64,000 nt of DNA from Marinicella sp. (GTDB taxonomy: Bacteria > Pseudomonadota > Gammaproteobacteria > Xanthomonadales > Marinicellaceae), in assembly GCA_965230295.1 (NCBI GenBank), contig OZ246001.1:1056001-1120000 (forward strand), read 5' to 3'. The notes beneath the pieces were generated by a model. That model worked only from the letters and a program-made list of their open reading frames with translations. It had not been told where the DNA came from and searched no databases. Below, piece by piece: positions 37,789 to 46,282 of this stretch; position 1 is the first letter of the stretch, and every line of letters begins with the position of its first letter. Both the position numbers and the translations under genes were made by a program.

Positions 37789-38345
37789 GGATCAATGGCA
37801 TCATTCTGGCCGCTGGACAATCCAGTCGCTTGGGCCATGACAAGCAATTGGTCAATTTTCAAGGCAACAGCCTGATACGACATACCGAACAACTGATCCA
37901 ACCCTTGGTCAATCAATTGTATGTGATCTTGGGTTTCAACCATGAAAACATACAGAAGGAACTGAAAACAGCAACCTGTTTGGTCAATAAGAATTGGCAA
38001 CTGGGCATGGGCAACTCATTGTCTTTTGGTATTGCGGCAGCCAAAAAAAATGCCGATGGCATCCTGATTGCCTTGTGTGACCAACCACGCATACCACAAT
38101 CACATTACATCAATATGATCACGGCTGCTAAACGGCATAACAACCACATCATCACCACAGCTTACGCTGGAATCAATGGGGTCCCGACTGTTTTCCCCAA
38201 ACATCATTTCAATGAACTGACCTCGCTGACAGGATCCCAGGGCGCTCGTGAGATCATCGAAAGGCATGCCAAGCAGGTCATCGCCCTGAACTGTGAGCAT
38301 GCAGAGTTTGATGTAGACAGCAACAACCATGTGGAGCAACTGTGA
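37785..38345 (+). CDS. MocA-like molybdenum cofactor cytidylyltransferase
   Basis: ILAAGQSSRLG..KQL, GMGNSL, LCDQP and DVD motifs; coupled to xdhC. Confidence 0.85.
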   Translation: MRINGIILAAGQSSRLGHDKQLVNFQGNSLIRHTEQLIQPLVNQLYVILGFNHENIQKELKTATCLVNKNWQLGMGNSLSFGIAAAKKNADGILIALCDQPRIPQSHYINMITAAKRHNNHIITTAYAGINGVPTVFPKHHFNELTSLTGSQGAREIIERHAKQVIALNCEHAEFDVDSNNHVEQL

Positions 38346-38448
38346 TTGATTTACTGTTATCATTGTTTACATTTTGCGTCATTGTCAGGTTGACAGTGGT
38401 TGTCAGGCTGGGCTTTAATAAGGGGTTTGTTTATGCTGGGAACCAAAG

Positions 38449-40482
38449 TTGTATAACTCAATGTTAGCCACTTTAATATTTCAAACAATCAGCGCACTAT
38501 TGATTGGTTGGTTGCTCTACTATTTTGCCAAAATATACCAGCGCAAATACCTGTTTTATTGGTCATATAGTTTTTATTCATTGACCTTATTCCTGGCTGG
38601 TTCAGCACTTGGAATTTGGTTGATATTGAATCAGTTTGACCCATCATCATTGATACGACTGACCAACTTATTCCTGCTTTCAACGGCCGGTTACATGCAG
38701 ATTGCATTTTTGATGATTGGCACCGTCTCATTGGTCAATGGGACTGAAATCAATCAAAAGACCTTTGTCAGGATTTTGATTGTTTGTATGTTGATTGCCT
38801 TGGGCATCACTTTGTTTAAAAACTGGTCGGTGGAAGAATCCACTTTGCGTTATTTCACCCGTGTTGGTTTGCGCTATTTCACGGCGGGGCTGGCCTGTTT
38901 AGGCACAGCCATATACATCTTACGCAATGACCCCAATCCATTGATAGGCAAGAAAGTGGTGACCATAGGCTTTTTTGTTTATGGTTTTGAGATGTCCTTT
39001 TTGGGTTGGCTGACCTTTGAAAATCACTTTCTTAATGGCAGTCGTCTTTTAACCAGCTTAATTCCCTATCATGGCATGTTTGAGTTGATTTTATATCCCA
39101 TGATTGGTGTTGGACTCATCATATGGTTGTTGGAAGCTGAACGCATGCGGGGCAAGAAAGCAGAAGAAAAACTCCAACACATCAATTTAACGGATGGCTT
39201 GACTGGATTACCCAACCAACAAGCTTTGAAGAAATATTTAAGCCAGTGGGTGAAAATTGCCAGGCCCAAAGAGCACATGACAATGGTCTTGTTCGATATC
39301 GATAAAATGGGTCGCATCAATGATGGAGAAGGCATCAACAAAGGAGATCAATTGTTGATAGCCATGAGTAAGAGACTGGACGTATTATCGACCGGTCAAC
39401 CGTTTTATGGCCGCATGTTTGGTGATGTGTTTGTCTTGTTGCTGAACGGTTATGGCCATTCACAATTGAATAAAATTGAAACACTGAGGAAAAATTTATC
39501 ACGTCCATTCAAACTGAACAGCCAGACCATCCACGTTGACATGAGTGCGGGGGCAACCGCCATCACCACAGATTTAGATCACGAAACCATTTTCAGGCAA
39601 GCCAATTTGGCATTACAAGCGGCCAAAATGAATGGCGGAAAACAAAGCCAGAACTTCAGTAACGAGCTGAAGTCGCCGTCTAATACCGACATCAGCTTTG
39701 AAAACGAGCTGCGCACTGCTTTTAAACAAAATCAATTCGAAGTTTATTATCAACCCATATGGTCAGATAAAAGAAACATCATGTGTTTTGAGGCCTTGAT
39801 TCGTTGGAAACATCCTCAAAGAGGGCTCTTGTCACCGGCCACATTCTTGTATTTGGTGCAACAGCTGGGGTTAATGACAGAATTGGACTACTGGGTCACA
39901 GAACAAGCATTCATTCAAATAAAAAAATGGCGCGCCATAAACCCTGACTCAGCCAAAATAACCATCAATTTATCTGCCGATACCATACAACATGGAGGCA
40001 TCGTAGAATACATCAAACAATGTTCACTGAAGCACAAAGTCACCACCCAACACATCACCGCTGAGATTACCGAGAACACTGCCATGCACAACATCGAAAG
40101 CGGTATGGATACCTTGCAAAAATTAAGAAAATTAGGCATTAAGATTGCCATCGATGACTTTGGTACGGGGTACTCATCATTGAATTACCTGCGCTCTTTC
40201 CCTTCAGATGTGATTAAATTTGACCGCTCTTTTGTTTCCGATGAAAAAAGCCATGATATCAACCACGAAATCCTCAAGGCTTTGGTGCCTTTGTGCCACG
40301 AGTTAAATAAAAAGGTCATCATTGAGGGGATTGAAAGTGGTGCTCAATACGAACAAGTGTCACAATTCGATGTGGATGGATTCCAAGGTTACTACCTGTG
40401 CTATCCGCTGCAAGAAAAAGAAGCCACAAAAATGCTGACCATCAGTAAAAAGTCATTACTCAAATCCATGATGAATGCTTAA
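38449..40482 (+). CDS. 7TM membrane GGDEF(degenerate)-EAL protein, probable c-di-GMP phosphodiesterase
   Basis: About 7 TM segments; GGDEF replaced by FGDVF; intact EAL, EITE, DDFGTGYSS, EGIE and QGY motifs. Confidence 0.88.
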   Translation: MYNSMLATLIFQTISALLIGWLLYYFAKIYQRKYLFYWSYSFYSLTLFLAGSALGIWLILNQFDPSSLIRLTNLFLLSTAGYMQIAFLMIGTVSLVNGTEINQKTFVRILIVCMLIALGITLFKNWSVEESTLRYFTRVGLRYFTAGLACLGTAIYILRNDPNPLIGKKVVTIGFFVYGFEMSFLGWLTFENHFLNGSRLLTSLIPYHGMFELILYPMIGVGLIIWLLEAERMRGKKAEEKLQHINLTDGLTGLPNQQALKKYLSQWVKIARPKEHMTMVLFDIDKMGRINDGEGINKGDQLLIAMSKRLDVLSTGQPFYGRMFGDVFVLLLNGYGHSQLNKIETLRKNLSRPFKLNSQTIHVDMSAGATAITTDLDHETIFRQANLALQAAKMNGGKQSQNFSNELKSPSNTDISFENELRTAFKQNQFEVYYQPIWSDKRNIMCFEALIRWKHPQRGLLSPATFLYLVQQLGLMTELDYWVTEQAFIQIKKWRAINPDSAKITINLSADTIQHGGIVEYIKQCSLKHKVTTQHITAEITENTAMHNIESGMDTLQKLRKLGIKIAIDDFGTGYSSLNYLRSFPSDVIKFDRSFVSDEKSHDINHEILKALVPLCHELNKKVIIEGIESGAQYEQVSQFDVDGFQGYYLCYPLQEKEATKMLTISKKSLLKSMMNA

Positions 40483-41702
40483 GGATTGGTTATTTTTTCA
40501 TCCATATCCACTTGTTTTCTGAACATCAGAAACAAGACCATTGCCAGTAAGGATGTGATGAAAAAACCCAACATGATGGGCGTAACCGTTGCTTCCAATT
40601 GTTGAGATATGATGATTCCTAATGTGGCTGCTATCAGAGCCGAGACCACACCTATCACCGAAGCTCCCATTCCAGCATGCGCTCCCAAAGGTAACATGGC
40701 AATGGCCATGACGTTACCAAACACCATACCAATACAGATGTTGATGACCCCTAAGTTCAGAATCAACATCCACATCGGTGGCAAACCATCAAAAGCATAG
40801 ACCAACAACAAACCCAATGTATTGGCCAACAGCATCCATAACAAAGCCCAAAAGGTGACTTGCATGGCACCGAATCTCATCACCACTTTGGCATTGAGGA
40901 ACGCCGCCAGACCAAAGAACAAGGCAATGACGCCAAATATGATCGGAAATGCATCTCCTTTGTCATACAGTTGACTGAAGAGTTGTTGAGCACTGTTCAA
41001 ATAGGCCATAAAGCCGCTGAATATCACCCCGCTGATACAGGCAAATGCCATTGATACCGGTTGTTTGACCACCCATTTAAAGGCATCAAAATGGGTTTTA
41101 AACATCAGCGGCTTGCGGTTTTTTTCAGCCAACGATTCTGGCAAACGCCACGAACTCCATACCATGATGATTAGCCCGAAAACCACATAGGTATACAAAA
41201 TGCCATGCCATGGCCCCAGCCACAACAACAAGGATCCCAACGATGGTGCAAACACAGGCACCATGATAAAAATCACCATCACCAAGGAAGTCACTCTGGC
41301 CATTTCATTACCAGAGAAGTGGTCTCGTGTGATGGCATTGACCATGATCCTGGCAGCGGCTGCCCCAATGCCCTGAAATGACCTGGCCAACAAAAACACC
41401 CAATAACTTTCCGCAAACAAACAGGCCACTGATGCCAAGACATAAATACCAACACCAAACAACAGGATGGGTTTGCGACCCAAACTGTCAGAAAGTGGCC
41501 CATAAAAAATCTGAGCTACAGCAAACCCCAGCATATAAGCCGTGATGATCCATTGCTGTTGATTACTGACCACAACACCAAAAGACTCAACAATCAAAGG
41601 CATCGCCGGCAACTGTAAATCAATGGTCAATGCCCCCAAGGAGGTCATCATTGCCATTAAGGTGATCAGCTCACCATAAGAAATACTGGTTTTTTGTTTC
41701 AT
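40479..41702 (-). CDS. Bcr/CflA-family MFS multidrug efflux transporter
   Basis: IDLQLPAMP, GPLSDSLGRKP, ARSFQG and LPESL motifs; 12 TM. Confidence 0.92.
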   Translation of the reverse strand: MKQKTSISYGELITLMAMMTSLGALTIDLQLPAMPLIVESFGVVVSNQQQWIITAYMLGFAVAQIFYGPLSDSLGRKPILLFGVGIYVLASVACLFAESYWVFLLARSFQGIGAAAARIMVNAITRDHFSGNEMARVTSLVMVIFIMVPVFAPSLGSLLLWLGPWHGILYTYVVFGLIIMVWSSWRLPESLAEKNRKPLMFKTHFDAFKWVVKQPVSMAFACISGVIFSGFMAYLNSAQQLFSQLYDKGDAFPIIFGVIALFFGLAAFLNAKVVMRFGAMQVTFWALLWMLLANTLGLLLVYAFDGLPPMWMLILNLGVINICIGMVFGNVMAIAMLPLGAHAGMGASVIGVVSALIAATLGIIISQQLEATVTPIMLGFFITSLLAMVLFLMFRKQVDMDEKITNP

Positions 41703-41747
41703 GGCTAAAGGCCGATTTGGTCTGTCTAGTTAAAACCTGAGAATGGC

Positions 41748-43523
41748 TCAATGATCGGTGGCTATGACCACACAATTACGGCCTCTGCTTTTTGCTGTAT
41801 ACAAGGCTTTATCAGCCTGGTACATGGCTTTTTGCCAACTTGATGTGGTCTCATTGACGACGTGGCTGAGACCGACTGATGCAGTCAATTGGGTTTTCGC
41901 GCTACCCTGTTCTATGACCGTGGCTTTGATAGATTGTAACAGCAAAGATGAAAAATTATCTTTTTCTTCATCACAAATGTCATCTGTGATTAACATAAAC
42001 TCTTCACCACCCCACCGACCAACAAAACGGTCTTTGTTGACCAATGACGATAATGTTTTGGCAATTTCCTGCAAAGCATAATCCCCAAAGTCATGGTCAA
42101 ATTCATCATTCACACTTTTGAATTCATCCAAATCAATCAGCCACATCAGTCTTGATTTTGGCGGCTTGGGCAAACTGTGGCTTGCAGACCACTCTTTGAT
42201 GGCACGGCGATTACCAAGCTGTGTCAAACTGTCGGTCATTGCCATCCAGGTAAGGATTTTCTTGGTACGATGTTGCCACCACAAAAAAGCCAGTAATGCA
42301 GTGAGGATGACCCCGGACAAAATAATGACCAATCTGCGGTCATGCTCTGCTTCTTGAATCCTGATGAGATCATTCGCTCGATTGCTTTTTAACAAAGCCA
42401 ACTCTTCTCGTTGTTGACTGGCATCCAGTCGAACTTGCATTTGCGACATCACCTGCTGATTGAAGGTATCTTGCACCTCTTCATCGGTTTTTCTGGCCAG
42501 TTTATGCATCTCAATGGCCGTCGATAGCAGGCCCAGGCGTTCATAAGTCACAGCCAGGCTGTGCAAGGGATTGGTACTGGCTAAAATGGCTTGCTTGTTT
42601 TTGGGATCGGTATAGTAATCTTTGACTTGATTGGCGTATTGTAATGCCAATTCATTGTCGCCTTGCTTGGACAGTATGGCAGCCAATGTACTTAAAATGT
42701 TGTGGTAATCATTGAACGCATTTTCAGCTTCAAGGTAAATGTTTATCGCCCGTTGCGCATAGTCCTTTGCAGTATCATACGCTCCCAGTCCGGTATGTGC
42801 AGCGGCCAAACCAGAATAGACTTGTGCCACTCGATTGTTTGGCCAGTGCTCGTTGATCATACTTTCAACCTGTTGGAACACTTTCAAGCCTTCTGTGAAT
42901 CGTTGTTGTCCATTCAAGGTGGTGGCTAAATTAAACAGGACGGGCGGTTGGTATCTGTAGTCATTGGTTTCATCCATCAGCTCCAAAGCCTGATAATAAG
43001 TTTTAATGGCTTGTTCATGTTCTCTGATTTCAGAGTTAAGCACACCGAGGTTAACCAACAGTGGAATCTGCTCTTCTTTCAATGACATGGCTGTCGCATC
43101 TGCCATGGCGGCATCATAATTCTCGGTTGCACTGATGCGGTCACCCACACGGTGATAGATACCACCTGCTCGACGCAGTAATTTAATGCTTTGTATGGAC
43201 TCGGGTAAATTCAAAGCCAATTTTTCCAACTGAAAAGCACGCTTTCTGGCTTCTTCTGTCGAATCAATGACGGCCATGGCCCAACCCAAACAACCAAGAA
43301 TTTGGCCATACTGAGGCGTGGTATTTAGAGCCGTCATGGATTCCAGCAACTGTTCTGCCAAAGCGATCGCTTCATTGGGCTTGTTGTCTTCCAAAGCATT
43401 ACACTGCTCAATTTGTTCCGCTATGGGATCGGCACCTTGTTGCGAATTAACGGATACAGAGCAAAACAACAACACAGCTAGGAGTAAGCACAGATGCTTG
43501 ACTAAGATACAGTTGGGCTTCAT
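41748..43523 (-). CDS. Periplasmic-TPR, single-TM diguanylate cyclase
   Basis: Signal peptide, TPR-like helices, TM, then DSLTQLGNRR, DLDEFKSVND, RWGGEEF and ADKALYTAK motifs. Confidence 0.88.
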   Translation of the reverse strand: MKPNCILVKHLCLLLAVLLFCSVSVNSQQGADPIAEQIEQCNALEDNKPNEAIALAEQLLESMTALNTTPQYGQILGCLGWAMAVIDSTEEARKRAFQLEKLALNLPESIQSIKLLRRAGGIYHRVGDRISATENYDAAMADATAMSLKEEQIPLLVNLGVLNSEIREHEQAIKTYYQALELMDETNDYRYQPPVLFNLATTLNGQQRFTEGLKVFQQVESMINEHWPNNRVAQVYSGLAAAHTGLGAYDTAKDYAQRAINIYLEAENAFNDYHNILSTLAAILSKQGDNELALQYANQVKDYYTDPKNKQAILASTNPLHSLAVTYERLGLLSTAIEMHKLARKTDEEVQDTFNQQVMSQMQVRLDASQQREELALLKSNRANDLIRIQEAEHDRRLVIILSGVILTALLAFLWWQHRTKKILTWMAMTDSLTQLGNRRAIKEWSASHSLPKPPKSRLMWLIDLDEFKSVNDEFDHDFGDYALQEIAKTLSSLVNKDRFVGRWGGEEFMLITDDICDEEKDNFSSLLLQSIKATVIEQGSAKTQLTASVGLSHVVNETTSSWQKAMYQADKALYTAKSRGRNCVVIATDH

Positions 43524-43710
43524 AGGCTATTGGTCAAATACACACACAGTATCATGCTAACTGATTATGTCTGTTGTTTCCATCAGATTTATTCAGCTGA
43601 CCCAAAAAGCATCCTTTTTTTTCATTTATGGAAATGGTTTTGATGAAATCCCGGCTTTATTGCAAGAACCAAACAAAGAATGTCAGTTCTCTTTCATTGT
43701 TAATGCTTCG

Positions 43711-44784
43711 TCAACCACAACAACTGTCTTTTTCAGGCTGATCGTCTTCACTATTTTCTCTTTTTGTCATCAATGGCAGAAAAGCCAAAACCAATAACAA
43801 CAAAGCACTGCCAAGGTGAATCACATTCGGCAGCATGGCATGATCCATGTCATGACTGGTTAAAAAAGTCACCTGATCTGCCATCAGGTTGACCACCACA
43901 CCAATCAACAAAGCACTGCTGATGATGCCTGACAGATATAGCCACATGGTGCGTTGTCCCATTTGTTGTTGGACCACACCTAAGGTGGCCATGTTGGTGG
44001 CTGGACCTGCCAACAAATAGACCAAAACCGCTCCAGGAGAAATGCCAGCCATCAAAAACCCTGCAGCGATAGGGGTTGATCCTGTGGCACAGACATACAT
44101 GGGTATACCGACAAACAGCATCACCAACATGGCCAGCCAGCTGTCACCCCACTTCAACAACCAATCTTCTGGCACAAATGCCTGAATGGCGGCAGCAAAC
44201 AACAAGCCAATGACCAACCATTTCAAAATACTTTGGTACAAATCTGTGAAAGCATATTTAACCCCACTGACTGCCTCTGTCATGATGCCCTGCCTGATTT
44301 CTGCTGTCTTGACTGGCTCAGCTTCACCGCCACAGCAAGCACTTAGTTTTTGTTTTTCCACATGGGGACTTTCAGGCACAAACCAATATACCAACAGACC
44401 AGTCACCATTGCAGAGACTAAAGCTGCAAGGGGGCGTATGATTGCCATGAACGGCCCCATCATGGCGTATGTGATGCTGATTGAATCCACACCGGTTTCT
44501 GGCGTTGACACAAGAAACGAAGTGGTGGCAGGTTTTGAAGCTCCTGCTTGGCGCAATCCCATGGCTGCAGGTATGACTCCACAGGAACACAAAGGCAATG
44601 GCACCCCCATCACTGCCGCTTTGAAAATGGATCCCATCCCTGGCTTGGTTAAGTGGCGTTGTAAAAAGGCTTGAGGCATCAAACTTTTGAACAAACCACC
44701 AATCAATAAACCCAACAGTAACCACGGGGCGGCTTCCAACACCAAGTCCCACAATGCAGTCAGATAAGTTAACAGGTATTGCAT
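43711..44784 (-). CDS. SO_0444/ArsP-like metal permease
   Basis: PLPLCSCGVIP, STPETGVDS, PMYVCATGSTP and GPATN motifs; CCG motifs. Confidence 0.85.
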   Translation of the reverse strand: MQYLLTYLTALWDLVLEAAPWLLLGLLIGGLFKSLMPQAFLQRHLTKPGMGSIFKAAVMGVPLPLCSCGVIPAAMGLRQAGASKPATTSFLVSTPETGVDSISITYAMMGPFMAIIRPLAALVSAMVTGLLVYWFVPESPHVEKQKLSACCGGEAEPVKTAEIRQGIMTEAVSGVKYAFTDLYQSILKWLVIGLLFAAAIQAFVPEDWLLKWGDSWLAMLVMLFVGIPMYVCATGSTPIAAGFLMAGISPGAVLVYLLAGPATNMATLGVVQQQMGQRTMWLYLSGIISSALLIGVVVNLMADQVTFLTSHDMDHAMLPNVIHLGSALLLLVLAFLPLMTKRENSEDDQPEKDSCCG

Positions 44785-44820
44785 AAAATTCTATCCAATA
44801 TGATGTTGCTATTATACCTT

Positions 44821-45534
44821 TTATCTGCGTTTTCTGAAGGTCGGATTGTGCGGTGGATGGTAATGCGTTCTGCGCCAAAAATGCTTACCACCCAGTTTGA
44901 GCCACACGGGCAATGACAACAGCAAACCGACAACAAAACCACCAATGTGGGCCCAATAAGCCACGCCGGAACCCGCCACAGTCGTGGATACCCCTGAAAA
45001 CAATTGCATGGCCATCCAACCACCCAGAATCACAAAAGCTGGCAGCGTGATGATGTGGATAAAGACCACCAGGAAGATTAAATAGTCTACTTTGGCTTTG
45101 GGGTATAACAGCATGTAAGCCCCCATGACTCCCGCAATGGCACCAGAGGCACCCACAGTTGGGATCATAGATTCAACGTTGAACAAGACATGGAACAGGT
45201 CAGCCCCCAAACCACTGAACAGATAAAAAAGCAGAAATTTGCCGTGCCCCATCGCATCTTCAACATTGTCACCAAAAATCCACAAGAACAGCATGTTGCC
45301 TGCCAAGTGCATGTAACCTGCATGTAAAAACATGGAAGTGAAGGCAGTATGTAGCTGTTCTCCTTGAACCACTTCCCCAGGTACCATGGCCCAATTGGCA
45401 AAGAAGCCAGACAAGGCATGTGGGTCATCTAAAATTGGCATATAGCTGATAAAGACCAAGACGTTGATGGCCATCAATGTCCACGTTACATAGGGTGTTT
45501 GACTAGACGGGTTGTGGTCGCGGATGGGAATCAA
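44821..45534 (-). CDS. Rhomboid intramembrane serine protease
   Basis: HAGYMHLAGNM, GASGA (Ser) and AHIGG (His) motifs. Confidence 0.93.
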   Translation of the reverse strand: MIPIRDHNPSSQTPYVTWTLMAINVLVFISYMPILDDPHALSGFFANWAMVPGEVVQGEQLHTAFTSMFLHAGYMHLAGNMLFLWIFGDNVEDAMGHGKFLLFYLFSGLGADLFHVLFNVESMIPTVGASGAIAGVMGAYMLLYPKAKVDYLIFLVVFIHIITLPAFVILGGWMAMQLFSGVSTTVAGSGVAYWAHIGGFVVGLLLSLPVWLKLGGKHFWRRTHYHPPHNPTFRKRR

Positions 45535-45558
45535 GGGTGTTTGGTGTGGTTAATCGAG

Positions 45559-46089
45559 TTAAAGCATCGTTGTGGCCCACAACAACACTGGCACCAACAC
45601 CCCCAACAAGGCGAAAAAATAAGCCATCCTTAACAGCCGATATTTCCGCCTGAGGATCAACCCAATTTGATATATGTCGTTGATCAACATGTCTCTGGCT
45701 GCCTCGTTATCAACCAAGGTTCGTTGCATGTAATCATTGTATTGTTGCTGTGAAAACTGGGTAAAAAACCCAAAGAACAAAGGGTTGTTGATGTGCTCAA
45801 TATCGGGTTGTTTTTGACCACTGATGTTTTTCGGAATCAGCACCATGACTGTCAACACCATGGGCACCAATTCCATGGCCATAAACACAGCCAGCACGAT
45901 GAGCAATGAACTTTCTGTTTCTATCAGAGTGATGACTCGGGTGAGTACCACGGTAAACATCAATGCCAAGGTACCAATCAAAATATTGGCCTTTTGATCA
46001 GCCATCAAATTCAACTGCGTCTGATTCTGATGTGCGGTGCGCAAGGTTTGGATCACATCATTATTGGCTGGATTATTGTACTGAGTCAT
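45559..46089 (-). CDS. Pycsar-effector-like (DUF5706) 3-TM membrane protein
   Basis: L..MADQKANILI-TM-TM-P, NPLFFG.F, then DIYQIGLILRRKYRLLRMAY-TM, which matches the family pattern as I recall it. Start is probably the ATG at 46089. Confidence 0.75.
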   Translation of the reverse strand: MTQYNNPANNDVIQTLRTAHQNQTQLNLMADQKANILIGTLALMFTVVLTRVITLIETESSLLIVLAVFMAMELVPMVLTVMVLIPKNISGQKQPDIEHINNPLFFGFFTQFSQQQYNDYMQRTLVDNEAARDMLINDIYQIGLILRRKYRLLRMAYFFALLGVLVPVLLWATTML

Positions 46090-46282
46090 AGTTATTCTGA
46101 GCAACCATATTGATGGCAGTATAACACCTGTGGTTGGTACAACGTCATCAACAAATAACAGTTGATTAACTTTTGCATCATAGATATTGTATAAAATAAT
46201 GTCTTCATTGCATGGTTGTTGTGGGTCATAGCCTTTGACAGGACCATAATATTTTTATCATCTATTTATTGAGAATCAGAAA

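Noticed and set aside
44821-45534. Rhomboid as the sortase for the DLIFxDGF tail
   Set aside because: Rhombosortase substrates need a TM helix, which the tail lacks. The protein looks like a generic rhomboid, so proximity alone is not evidence.
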